Shown in pieces: positions 18,051 to 27,262 of a DNA stretch of 64,000 nt (the stretch's first letter is position 1; each line of letters opens with the position of its first letter). Both the position numbers and the translations under genes were made by a program. The notes beneath the pieces are model-generated. The model did not search any database. It was not told where the DNA came from and saw only the letters and a program-made list of their open reading frames with translations. The stretch is from an uncultured Muribaculaceae bacterium (GTDB lineage Bacteria; Bacteroidota; Bacteroidia; Bacteroidales; UBA932). The stretch covers positions 361-64,360 of the forward strand of contig CAZNDD010000001.1 of the NCBI GenBank assembly GCA_964571735.1, read 5' to 3'.

Positions 18051-18353
18051 ATGGCTATTTTCAATATGTTCGACGAGGGCGAGCACAGAGTGTTCCATTA
18101 TCGCCCAAGGTATTACAATGAGACCGAAGATGAGCGCAAGCGCAAGTTCGGCAAGGTGGACGGCACTGCAGACAAAGAGATGCAGGATGGCAGCTATAAG
18201 CCCGGAGACTATGTCAGAGGCTCTCTCAGAGACCGCCGCTACTATCGCAGCAAGTCCAACGCATCCAAGGCGCAGAAGATTATCGGTATCATAGGCCTGA
18301 TATTGATTTTTGTCATTCTCATCTATATAGCCAAATTCTACACGCTGTTGTAA
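18051..18353 (+). CDS. Small tail-anchored membrane protein, function unknown
   Basis: 100-aa ORF 3 nt after trmB, with a charged N-terminal region and a single C-terminal TM helix (IIGIIGLILIFVILIYIAKFY). Confidence 0.55.
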   Translation: MAIFNMFDEGEHRVFHYRPRYYNETEDERKRKFGKVDGTADKEMQDGSYKPGDYVRGSLRDRRYYRSKSNASKAQKIIGIIGLILIFVILIYIAKFYTLL

Positions 18354-18418
18354 GAAACATCTTCAGCCCGGATTGGAGGTTTCCAGTCTGTGGTCAGTTT
18401 TCAATTACTTTTTGAATT

Positions 18419-18982
18419 ATGAACGAAAGCATAATAGAAGCGGTACGCGTAATGAAAAGCGGTGGAGTCATACTCTACCCTACCGATACCGTATGGGGAC
18501 TCGGCTGCGACGCCACCAACGAAGAAGCCGTGCGCAAAATCTTTGAAATCAAGCACCGCGCAGAGGCCAAATCCCTCGTTCTGCTCGCGTCAGACCTTGA
18601 CATGGTCGCCCGATACATTAAGAAAATACCGGACATAGCGATAGATCTCGTGACTGTCAATGACGCTCCGATGACAGTCATCTACCCCGGAGCCGTGGGA
18701 CTTGCGCCATCGACCGTTGCGGAAGACGGCTCGGTAGGTATACGCATTCCCCTGAACCATGAATGTGCAGAGCTTTGCCGCAGGCTCGGACGGCCCGTAG
18801 TGTCTACTTCCGCCAACATTTCTGGTGAACCTACACCCAAGACATTTAAAGAGATACCTCAGGATTTAATCGATGCGGTGGATTATGTGGTAGACCCTGA
18901 ACTTGAGAATGGCAGCAGCGGTGCGGCAAGCCAGATTATCAAGGTAGGACTTGATTCGGAAATAAGTATCATCCGCGCATAA
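18419..18982 (+). CDS. tsaC: L-threonylcarbamoyladenylate synthase (YrdC/TsaC family)
   Basis: 187 aa with YPTDTVWGLGCDA and STSANISGEP motifs. Confidence 0.88.
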   Translation: MNESIIEAVRVMKSGGVILYPTDTVWGLGCDATNEEAVRKIFEIKHRAEAKSLVLLASDLDMVARYIKKIPDIAIDLVTVNDAPMTVIYPGAVGLAPSTVAEDGSVGIRIPLNHECAELCRRLGRPVVSTSANISGEPTPKTFKEIPQDLIDAVDYVVDPELENGSSGAASQIIKVGLDSEISIIRA

Positions 18983-20826
18983 TGGGCAAACTTCAGGTAC
19001 TTCCGGCTCAGATAGCCAATATGATAGCTGCGGGAGAGGTCGTTGGGAGACCGGCTTCCGTAGTCAAGGAACTTATGGAGAACGCTCTCGATGCGGGGGC
19101 GGACAACATTCAGGTCATCATCGGGGACTCCGGGCGCACTCTTATCCAAGTCATAGACAACGGCTCGGGCATGAGCGGGGAGGACGCCATGCTATGCTTC
19201 GAGAGACACGCCACATCCAAGGTGGCATCAGCCGAAGACCTTGAGAAGATAGTTACATTCGGATTCAGGGGTGAGGCTCTCGCATCCATAGCCGCAGTGG
19301 CAGAAGTGACGCTCAAGACCCGCAGAGCGGACGACGAGACGGGTACCCAAGTCGTAATCAGCAGCTACGGCAATCAGGAAAGCAGCCCATGCAGCACTCC
19401 CAAGGGGACCAATATCGCAGTGCGCAATCTCTTCTACAATACGCCTGCACGCCGTAAGTTCCTGAAGTCGGACGGAGTGGAGCTCAAGCACATCATCGAA
19501 GAGTTTGACAAGGTAGCACTGACCCGCCCCGATGTCGCATTTTCACTTAGGCACAACGAGCGTGACATACAGGTGCTCAAAAAGGACAAATCCCTCAAAT
19601 TCAGGATTTTCAACCTGCTTGGCTCGGGCGTTGTAGGCGATCTCGTGGACATAAGCACTGACACTTCCATCATCTCCATCAGCGGATACATAGGTAAGCC
19701 GGAGAGTGCACGCAAAACTCTCGGCAACCAGTTCTTCTTCGTCAACGGAAGATATTTCAGAAGCCCTTATCTGCATAAGGCAGTGATGAACGCATACGCG
19801 CAGATGATCCCGGAGGGGGCTACACCATCTTATTTCTTGTATCTCGGAGTAGACCCACAGACGGTAGATGTGAATATCAGCCCGACCAAAAGCGAAGTCA
19901 AGTTCGAGAATGACAGCGTCATATTCCAGACGATATATGCCTGTGTAAGAGAGGCTCTCGGGCGCAACAGTTTTGGTGCATCCATAGATTTCGACACTGA
20001 CGGCGCTGTGCAGATGCCACAGCTCGGGCAGAGTTTCTCGGAGTACCGAGGCTCTGAGATCAAGCCGTCCACGGATTTCAATCCTGATTACAATCCTTTC
20101 AATCAAAGTCCGCAAAGCAGCGGATTTGTCACTCCGGGTGGCGAATGGAGCCTCCCCTCTGACACTCCGTCACATTATGGAGGAGAAACTGTCAGAGAGT
20201 GGTCCGAGCATAGCAAGAGTTCGGATTATTCCGCTCTGTTTGAAGGTACTGCACTTCCGAGTTCAGTCCATTATCTTATCTTTAAAGACAAGTATATAGC
20301 GACAAATGTCCCCTCGGGTATGCTTTTTGTCAATATGCGCCGGGCTTCGGAGAGGATACTGTATGAAAGGATGTTGCGTTCGCTCAAAAGCGATACCGCC
20401 GTTATCCAGACCATGCTTTTCCCCGTGCAGGCACAAGTCGGAGCAGAATATATCCCTGTGTTTGAAGACAATGCGGAACTGCTTACCCGTCTTGGATTCG
20501 AGATTGCGGTGTTCGGACATGATAGCGTAAGCGTGAGCGGAGTGCCTCAGGGTTACGATACTGACGAGAAGTCAATTTGTGACATGGTGTCAGGACTCGG
20601 TGAAATCCTCGAAGAGGGCAGCAACTCTCTCCCTGAAGTGATGCAGGCACAGACCGCAAGGAAACTTGCCGAGATGGATGTGGCGAAGTTTACTTGTCCG
20701 TCCACGCAGAAAGAAGCGGAAGCTATGCTTGACGAGCTTTTCGCCTGCGAAAATGCAGATCTCACGCCCTCAGGCAAGAGAATTACCTGCATAGTGCCCA
20801 TAGAGGACATAGACAAAAAGTTTTAA
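18982..20826 (+). CDS. mutL: DNA mismatch repair protein MutL
   Basis: 614 aa with GHKL ATPase N-terminus IAAGEVVGRPASVVKELMENALDAG...DNGSGM. Confidence 0.95.
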   Translation: MGKLQVLPAQIANMIAAGEVVGRPASVVKELMENALDAGADNIQVIIGDSGRTLIQVIDNGSGMSGEDAMLCFERHATSKVASAEDLEKIVTFGFRGEALASIAAVAEVTLKTRRADDETGTQVVISSYGNQESSPCSTPKGTNIAVRNLFYNTPARRKFLKSDGVELKHIIEEFDKVALTRPDVAFSLRHNERDIQVLKKDKSLKFRIFNLLGSGVVGDLVDISTDTSIISISGYIGKPESARKTLGNQFFFVNGRYFRSPYLHKAVMNAYAQMIPEGATPSYFLYLGVDPQTVDVNISPTKSEVKFENDSVIFQTIYACVREALGRNSFGASIDFDTDGAVQMPQLGQSFSEYRGSEIKPSTDFNPDYNPFNQSPQSSGFVTPGGEWSLPSDTPSHYGGETVREWSEHSKSSDYSALFEGTALPSSVHYLIFKDKYIATNVPSGMLFVNMRRASERILYERMLRSLKSDTAVIQTMLFPVQAQVGAEYIPVFEDNAELLTRLGFEIAVFGHDSVSVSGVPQGYDTDEKSICDMVSGLGEILEEGSNSLPEVMQAQTARKLAEMDVAKFTCPSTQKEAEAMLDELFACENADLTPSGKRITCIVPIEDIDKKF

Positions 20827-20828
20827 GA

Positions 20829-21524
20829 ATGATTAATTTTAGACAAGGAAGTTTTTTATCCAATACACCTAAGGTAACTAAGAACCTCATCATCATCAAT
20901 GTGGTGATATTCATCGCCACCCTTCTCAACGAGAATTTCATGATGAGGACTTTCGCCCTTTATCCGATTTCGTCCCGCTATTTCCATTGGTGGCAGCTTG
21001 TGACCCACATGTTCATGCATGGAGGATTCTGGCATATTCTATTCAATATGTGGGCGTTATATATGTTCGGTTCTGCCGTGGAGCGCACTATCGGCTCGAA
21101 GAAGATGCTTTATCTTTACTTCGTGGCGGGGTTTGGTGCAGTGGCATTGCATTTCGGGACGATGTATCTGGAGGAACTCTACTTCCTCGGCCAGCTGGAA
21201 GACGGTGTCGCGAGCGCAGGACAGAAATATGCCATGCTTAAGAACACTCCTACCGTAGGTGCATCAGGTGCCATCTATGGTCTGCTTATAAGCTATGCGT
21301 TGCTTTATCCGCAGAGCAGGCTGACGCTCATATTCCCTCCTATCTCTATGAGTGCCAAGACATGGGTCATCATTTTTGCCGTGATTGAACTCTTTACCGG
21401 CATCAAGGGTATAACTGACGGAGTGGCTCATTTCGCTCACCTCGGAGGCATGCTGTTCGGATGGATAATGATTTCCTATTGGAAGAAAAAGGGAACTCTC
21501 TACAGCGATTACGGCAACTGCTGA
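20829..21524 (+). CDS. Rhomboid-family intramembrane serine protease
   Basis: 231 aa, multi-TM, with GASGAIYGL (catalytic Ser) and AHLGGMLFG (catalytic His) motifs. Confidence 0.88.
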   Translation: MINFRQGSFLSNTPKVTKNLIIINVVIFIATLLNENFMMRTFALYPISSRYFHWWQLVTHMFMHGGFWHILFNMWALYMFGSAVERTIGSKKMLYLYFVAGFGAVALHFGTMYLEELYFLGQLEDGVASAGQKYAMLKNTPTVGASGAIYGLLISYALLYPQSRLTLIFPPISMSAKTWVIIFAVIELFTGIKGITDGVAHFAHLGGMLFGWIMISYWKKKGTLYSDYGNC

Positions 21525-21600
21525 GTCAGAGAGGGAGACCGGCTCAAAAATCCAGCAAATCTCGGAAACCGAATCTTAATTTCTAAAACGTTTCTTACCC

Positions 21601-22425
21601 GTGAACGAGCTTTTCTATACATCTGATATCGAAGGCAATAAGCTTAGGCTTGACGAACAGGAGAGCATACATTGCCTCCGCGTGCTGCGCCATACCGTGG
21701 GTGATGAAATAGATGTGATAGATGGACGGGGAGGGCTGATTCACTGCCGAATCTCGGACACTGCAGGCAAGAAAGTCAGCGCGGATGTCCTATCACGAGT
21801 GGAGCATTGGGGCGCAAAACCTTACAGGTTGAGTCTCGCCGTCTGCCCTACCAAGAATATAGACCGCTACGAATGGATGGTGGAGAAAGCTACAGAACTC
21901 GGTGTAGATGAGATAATTCCGCTGATAGGAGAACGCTCGGAGCGCAAAGTCATCAAGACCGAGCGGCTCGAAAGGGTGGTGTTGAGTGCTGCCAAGCAGT
22001 CGCTCAAGGCTTATCTTCCCGATGTCAGGCAGCCATTGTCCGTTAAGGATTTCTTTACAAGACAGACAGAGGACACGGGTCGCAGCCTCAAACTGATAGC
22101 GTATTGCTCCGAAGAGGGCGAAAGGCTGAGTATAATGAAGGCATTGAGGGACAGATTGCCTCTTACTGAAGATATGATGTCCCGTACAGCTTACGCGGCA
22201 GGACAGATAGAGGATGCCATAAACGGGTCAGCCACAGACAATAAGATAGAATCTACAGACCATATCACCATTCTGATAGGCCCGGAGGGGGATTTTTCCC
22301 CCAAAGAGGTGGAGGCGGCTTTCTCTGCAGGCTTCATCCCCGTGCACCTCGGCTCATCCCGTCTCCGCACGGAAACCTCAGGCCTCACCGCCGCCGAAGC
22401 CGTCTATCTGCATTATATGGGATAA
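21601..22425 (+). CDS. rsmE: 16S rRNA (uracil1498-N3)-methyltransferase
   Basis: 274 aa with a GTG start, N-terminal MNELFY... and a C-terminal LIGPEGDFSPKE...LGSSRLRTET motif. It carries an internal ~35-aa insertion relative to what I expect for the family. Confidence 0.8.
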   Translation: MNELFYTSDIEGNKLRLDEQESIHCLRVLRHTVGDEIDVIDGRGGLIHCRISDTAGKKVSADVLSRVEHWGAKPYRLSLAVCPTKNIDRYEWMVEKATELGVDEIIPLIGERSERKVIKTERLERVVLSAAKQSLKAYLPDVRQPLSVKDFFTRQTEDTGRSLKLIAYCSEEGERLSIMKALRDRLPLTEDMMSRTAYAAGQIEDAINGSATDNKIESTDHITILIGPEGDFSPKEVEAAFSAGFIPVHLGSSRLRTETSGLTAAEAVYLHYMG

Positions 22426-22568
22426 AAACGCAAGATTCTCGGTATTTCCATTGAGACACTGAAAGGCATATAGCCCGAATATCAATCACTTGACAGGTTA
22501 ATGGAGATAACTTCTTAACCGGCTAAGTTTCAACATCTTTCGTTGAGCGACGAACGATTTGATTACAA

Positions 22569-23663
22569 TTATTTATTCCTGAGAATTTCGTCTTGAGCGG
22601 ATACCGACTCTTGATGGACGGCACTGAACACCGTTTTTATAAAATTCTCTGACAGACCATATTCTTTACCTTTCTTCACCATAGAAGCAAGTACTTCGTC
22701 CCAGCGGGAAGTCTGGAGTATAGCCATATTGTGTTCTTTCTTGAACTCCCCTATTTCACGGCTGACATCCATGCGGGCTTTCAGACTGCGAAGTATGCTT
22801 TCGTCTATGACATCTATGCGTGCTCGCAATGAAGCAAGATTGTCATTGTGCAGACTATCCTTGCGCCTCACGCAAATGTTTTCCAGCATTTGGCCGAGCG
22901 CGGAGGGGGTTAGTTGCTGCGAAGCGTCACTGAGCGCGGTTGCAGGATGGATGTGGGACTCTATCATCATCCCGTCAATACCGAGATCTATCGCTCTTTG
23001 GGAGAGTTCAGCCAGATATTTCCTATCGCCTGCGATGTGGGAAGGGTCAAAGAAAAACGGAAGTTCTGGATAGCGGGTGCGAAGTTCGATGGCAATGTTC
23101 CATCCCGGGTCATTACGGTAAGCTATAGCTTCGCTCGTAGCGAATCCCCTGTGTATCACGCCCAGTTTGCGCATTCCGGCAAGACTAAGCCTTTCGAGTG
23201 CACCTATCCATAAATCCATGTCCTGCGCCGCAGGATTCTTGACAAGTACGGGGATGTCGCTTCCTTTGAGCGCGGATGCTATCTCCTGCACAAGGAAGGG
23301 GTTGGCGGTAGTCCTCGCGCCGAGCCACAACATATCTATTCCTGCATTGAGACACTCTGCAACATGCACTCCGCTCGCAACTTCGGTACAGACTTTCATA
23401 CCGAAATCCGCCTTCACCCTTTTAAGCCATTCCAAACCCACAGGGCCTACGCCTTCGAAGCCACCAGGACGGGTGCGCGGCTTCCAGATACCGGCACGGA
23501 AAACTCGCACGCCAAAGGAATTAAGACCTTGCGCCGTCTCCAACACTTGGGATTCAGACTCGGCGCTGCATGGACCGGCTATGATAATAGGTGCTTGAGC
23601 GGGGAAAATCCCCCACTGCTCTACCGGTATAATATTCTGTTTTAAATTGCTTTCCAAAATCAC
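22569..23663 (-). CDS. Bifunctional 3-deoxy-7-phosphoheptulonate synthase (type I-beta) / chorismate mutase type II
   Basis: 364 aa with an N-terminal IIAGPCSAESE...KDO8P/DAHP-synthase-like barrel and a C-terminal chorismate-mutase helix bundle (LRARIDVIDESILRSLKARMDVSREIGEFK). Confidence 0.88.
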   Translation of the reverse strand: MILESNLKQNIIPVEQWGIFPAQAPIIIAGPCSAESESQVLETAQGLNSFGVRVFRAGIWKPRTRPGGFEGVGPVGLEWLKRVKADFGMKVCTEVASGVHVAECLNAGIDMLWLGARTTANPFLVQEIASALKGSDIPVLVKNPAAQDMDLWIGALERLSLAGMRKLGVIHRGFATSEAIAYRNDPGWNIAIELRTRYPELPFFFDPSHIAGDRKYLAELSQRAIDLGIDGMMIESHIHPATALSDASQQLTPSALGQMLENICVRRKDSLHNDNLASLRARIDVIDESILRSLKARMDVSREIGEFKKEHNMAILQTSRWDEVLASMVKKGKEYGLSENFIKTVFSAVHQESVSAQDEILRNK

Positions 23664-23680
23664 TTATGCGGGCTCCAGTA

Positions 23681-24916
23681 TCAAAGTGAGAGAGATTCTG
23701 TTCTTTCTATAGCATCCTCAAATGTCGCTACGTCAGCGCAAAGCGAAGCCCTGACATAGTTGTCGCCTCCATGTCCGAATATAAAACCAGGAGTAACAAA
23801 TATCCCTGTCTTCGCAAGCAAGGCGTCAGAGAACCTTTCCCCAAGAGTAGCGGATGATACTCCACCGGTAAGAGCCGAGTTTTCAGGAACCCTCCCCCAA
23901 AGAAACAGACCGGTCGAATGAGGGTCATATGTCACGCCGAGAGCATCGAACAGTCGTCCTGCCGCTTTCTGACGTTCAGAATACTCGGCATTGAGGGATT
24001 CAAACCACTCTGGGCCCTGCTCAAGAGCAGCGATTGCTGCCATCTGCATAGGCTTGAACATACCGGAATCCATCTGGCTTTTAACCTTGAGCACTTCGGA
24101 AATAAGTTCGCGGTGACCGGCTATCATACCTATCCTCCAGCCCGACATATTGTGAGCCTTGCTGAGGGAATTGAGTTCGAGACACACTCCCTCGGAACCC
24201 TCCATGGAAAGTATGGAAAGAGGCTGGGGATTGAGCACAAAACTATAGGGGTTATCGTTGATTATAAGAATATTGTGCTTTTTTCCGAAATCCACCAATC
24301 TGCGGAAAAGTTCACGCGACGAAGCCGCTCCGGTAGGCATATTGGGATAATTGACCCACATGAGCTTGACCCCACGCAGGTCCATTTGCTCCAATTCGTC
24401 AAAATCAGGATACCAGCCGTTGTCTTCACGGAGCCTGTAGGTAAGAATCTCCGCTTCCACCAAGTTTGAGGCAGACAGATATGTGGGATAGCCCGGGTCT
24501 GGGACCAACACCTTGTCTCCTTTATCCACAAATGCAAGCGAAGTAAGCAGTATACCCTCTTTGGAACCAGCCAGAGGCTGCACCTCGCACGAGGGGTCAA
24601 GACTTACTCCATAATACCTCTTGTACCAGTTACAAAAAGCTTCGCGCAGTTCGGGCAGTCCCCTGTAATTCTGATACTTATGACTGTCAGAAAGGAATGC
24701 AGTCTCCGCCAGGGCGCTGATGGCGTCAGCAGGAGGCATCCCATCGGGAGCACCTATACCGAGATTTATTATGGGTAGCAATCCCTCGATGAGTCTTTTC
24801 TCGTCAAGAGCAGCGAGTTCCCTATTTTTGATGGAAAAATAATATTCGCGGACATCGCGAGTCCGTCGTGCAGCTTGTACAATCATTTGTGCTTTACAAC
24901 TAAGAAGCCGCTTCAT
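23681..24916 (-). CDS. Class I/II pyridoxal-phosphate-dependent aminotransferase
   Basis: 411 aa with NSLSKAHNMSGWRIG (PLP lysine) and NDNPYS motifs, coupled to the aro gene downstream. The true start may be the internal Met at 24886. Confidence 0.85.
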   Translation of the reverse strand: MKRLLSCKAQMIVQAARRTRDVREYYFSIKNRELAALDEKRLIEGLLPIINLGIGAPDGMPPADAISALAETAFLSDSHKYQNYRGLPELREAFCNWYKRYYGVSLDPSCEVQPLAGSKEGILLTSLAFVDKGDKVLVPDPGYPTYLSASNLVEAEILTYRLREDNGWYPDFDELEQMDLRGVKLMWVNYPNMPTGAASSRELFRRLVDFGKKHNILIINDNPYSFVLNPQPLSILSMEGSEGVCLELNSLSKAHNMSGWRIGMIAGHRELISEVLKVKSQMDSGMFKPMQMAAIAALEQGPEWFESLNAEYSERQKAAGRLFDALGVTYDPHSTGLFLWGRVPENSALTGGVSSATLGERFSDALLAKTGIFVTPGFIFGHGGDNYVRASLCADVATFEDAIERTESLSL

Positions 24917-25130
24917 TCAAAATTCGCCTTAAGCAAATAAACGGCTCCTGCAGATGCGAAGTTAAGCATTTTTCCCCGCATTGTCGGAGATTGCCATGGA
25001 TTTTGGCAAACCTGAGATGCGGCAAATCAAAAGAACTCGGTTTGCAGAATTTTCAGACGCCTACACATTTTAAGAAACAGGCTTTCTACCATTTCGGATA
25101 TTTTGTCTACCGCGGTTGTATGTGGCGGAT

Positions 25131-25138
25131 TATCTTTG
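25131..25138 (+). promoter_or_regulatory. Candidate -7 promoter box (TATCTTTG) for the hexosaminidase gene
   Basis: Matches TAnnTTTG, 20 nt upstream of ATG 25159. Confidence 0.35.
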
Positions 25139-25158
25139 CATATCAAAGATATAACACG

Positions 25159-27150
25159 ATGCATCGACACAATACACTTCTCTGGGGAAGGCTCATAACG
25201 GCCCTCCTTTTGGGTTTAGCGCCCCTTGCCGCATCAGCCAATGATGCCAAAATCATCCCTCAACCAGTCAGTTATACTGAAAAATCCGGCACATACCACA
25301 TCCCTGCGGAAGGGCCTGAGGTTAAAGTGAGTTTTGGGCGCATCAATGGCCTGCCCAAGAATCTGCCCGACTACGCAAAACAGAGTGCTTACCGCATGGA
25401 TATCAGCCCGAAAGGAGTGAATGTGAGAGCGGAAAGCGAGACTGGTGCATTCTACGCAAGCCAGACACTCAAGCAACTCACACAAGACACCCGGACGATA
25501 CAGTGCTGCACAATAGTGGATTATCCCGAGTTCTCATGGCGAGGACTTATGCTTGATGTTTCACGCTATTATCTTGACAAGGATTTCGTGCGCAAGCAGA
25601 TTGACGCTATGGCTGCGCTCAAGATGAATACGCTTCATCTGCACCTTACAGACGATGCAGGGTGGAGACTTGACATCCCCGATATGCCGGGACTCACGGA
25701 ACTTACCGCCTACAGACTCGGTAACGGCTGGGATCAGTGGCGGGAACAGGGATTCCGCTACGCCGCGAAGGACAACCCTATCGCATCGGGAGGTTATCTC
25801 ACTGTAGATGACGCCCGTGCACTCGTAAGCTATGCAGCAGAGAGACATATCACGATAGTTCCGGAGATAGATGTACCTGCACATTCAGACCCGCTTCTCG
25901 CGGCCTTCCCCGGGCTGCGTTGCCTGACTCCGGACGGCTCGCCCCTGCAGGAAACTCATGAACTCTGCCTCAGCAACCCGGAGACTTATGAGGTACTCTC
26001 CAAGATACTGGACGAAGTGATGGATATCTTCCCAGCAGAGTACATACACATCGGCGGAGATGAGGCATCGACCGCAGGATGGGAGCAATGCCCTCGCTGT
26101 CAAAAACTTATGAAAGATGAAGGAATAGAGGACATAGCCCTGTTCCAGTCATACTTCACCAATAGGATTGCCTCGTATGTACGAAGTAAGGGGCGCACTC
26201 CCCTCGGCTGGAACGAAGCGGAGACCGGTATGAGCGCGGATGAGATAGCGCTTATGGCATGGCACTCTCCGGACGAAGGCCGCGGCATCCCCAAAAGAGG
26301 CTTCAAGACGGTATTTTCACCAAACATAAGATGTTATCTGGACTATGTTCAGGACGCCCCGCCGACACAGCCTTACCCCATGGGCTCCTATCTTCCCATT
26401 GATTCGGTATACGCCTTCAACCCGCTCAAGGGACTGTCGGAAGCCGAACGCGCCAATGTACTCGGCGTACAGGCCAATCTTTGGACAGAACATATCGATT
26501 CACCCACTTACGCGGAATACATGCTTTATCCCCGCACTCTCGCTGTCGCGGAAATAGGATGGAGCGGAGTGCAAAACAGTGGCAATCAAGAGAATTTCCG
26601 CGCCAGAGCAAAGCATTTCTGCGCAACTTCACTTATTGATTACACCTGCTTTGATCTCGACTCGGAAGTCGGTGAGAGACCTGAATATTTCACTCCCGTA
26701 GAGCATCTCGCAAAGGGATGCAAGGTGACATATACGACTCCTTACTCCCACAGGTTCACCGGCAGCGGAGAAAGCACTCTTACCGATGGACTTCTCGGAG
26801 GCTGGAGTTTCGAGACCGCCCGCTGGAACGGATTCAATTCAGATATCGACCTCACTGTAGATCTCGGCAAAAAGACCCCATTGAGTAGCGTGGAAGCCAC
26901 ATTTATGGGCAATAAATCAGTATGGCTCGCTCTTCCGGAGAATATGGAAGTATACCTTTCTGACGATGGAAGCAATTGGGACAAAGCCGGAAACGCCATT
27001 TGCCAGATTAATGAACGCAACGCATCAATGGCTTACTACCCCATGAGGGTAAATATAGAGGGCGACGCAAGATATGTCAGGATTGTTGCGAAACGCAAGA
27101 CCCACGACTACTGCGTATGGCTGTTTATCGACGAAATCATAGTGAGATAG
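25159..27150 (+). CDS. Beta-N-acetylhexosaminidase (GH20) with a C-terminal discoidin/F5-8-type-C-like domain
   Basis: GH20 motifs HLHLTDDAGWR and IHIGGDE. Start placed at ATG 25159, giving signal peptide MHRHNTLLWGRLITALLLGLAPLAASA. The ORF-track TTG start at 24991 adds an implausible 56 aa. Confidence 0.88.
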   Translation: MHRHNTLLWGRLITALLLGLAPLAASANDAKIIPQPVSYTEKSGTYHIPAEGPEVKVSFGRINGLPKNLPDYAKQSAYRMDISPKGVNVRAESETGAFYASQTLKQLTQDTRTIQCCTIVDYPEFSWRGLMLDVSRYYLDKDFVRKQIDAMAALKMNTLHLHLTDDAGWRLDIPDMPGLTELTAYRLGNGWDQWREQGFRYAAKDNPIASGGYLTVDDARALVSYAAERHITIVPEIDVPAHSDPLLAAFPGLRCLTPDGSPLQETHELCLSNPETYEVLSKILDEVMDIFPAEYIHIGGDEASTAGWEQCPRCQKLMKDEGIEDIALFQSYFTNRIASYVRSKGRTPLGWNEAETGMSADEIALMAWHSPDEGRGIPKRGFKTVFSPNIRCYLDYVQDAPPTQPYPMGSYLPIDSVYAFNPLKGLSEAERANVLGVQANLWTEHIDSPTYAEYMLYPRTLAVAEIGWSGVQNSGNQENFRARAKHFCATSLIDYTCFDLDSEVGERPEYFTPVEHLAKGCKVTYTTPYSHRFTGSGESTLTDGLLGGWSFETARWNGFNSDIDLTVDLGKKTPLSSVEATFMGNKSVWLALPENMEVYLSDDGSNWDKAGNAICQINERNASMAYYPMRVNIEGDARYVRIVAKRKTHDYCVWLFIDEIIVR

Positions 27151-27217
27151 TCAGTTATTTAACGGTCTCCAAGCCCCTTTCCGCGTTATTGCCCTTTCGC
27201 AATGCAATTTTTTTGCT

Positions 27218-27225
27218 TAAATTTG
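27218..27225 (+). promoter_or_regulatory. Candidate -7 promoter box (TAAATTTG) for secDF
   Basis: Matches TAnnTTTG, 37 nt upstream of ATG 27263. Confidence 0.4.
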
Positions 27226-27262
27226 CGGGCTTTAGTGAAAATTTTAACACAAAAATAACATT

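Noticed and set aside
21601-22425. About 35-aa insertion (…TEDMMSRTAYAAGQIEDAINGSATDNKIESTD…) in RsmE.
   Set aside because: It is in frame, and the flanking catalytic motifs are intact. It is probably a lineage-specific loop and not informative without an alignment.
24991-25158. N-terminal extensions proposed by the ORF track (24991 for GH20, 17133 for trmB, 30478 for apbC, 38238 for folA, 38781 for the large envelope protein, 44378 for EEP, 50842 for the TPR protein, 3899 for the adhesin).
   Set aside because: In each case an internal ATG gives a canonical N-terminus or signal peptide, and removes an overlap with the upstream gene or the use of a TTG start. I used the internal starts. Exact starts remain unverified.
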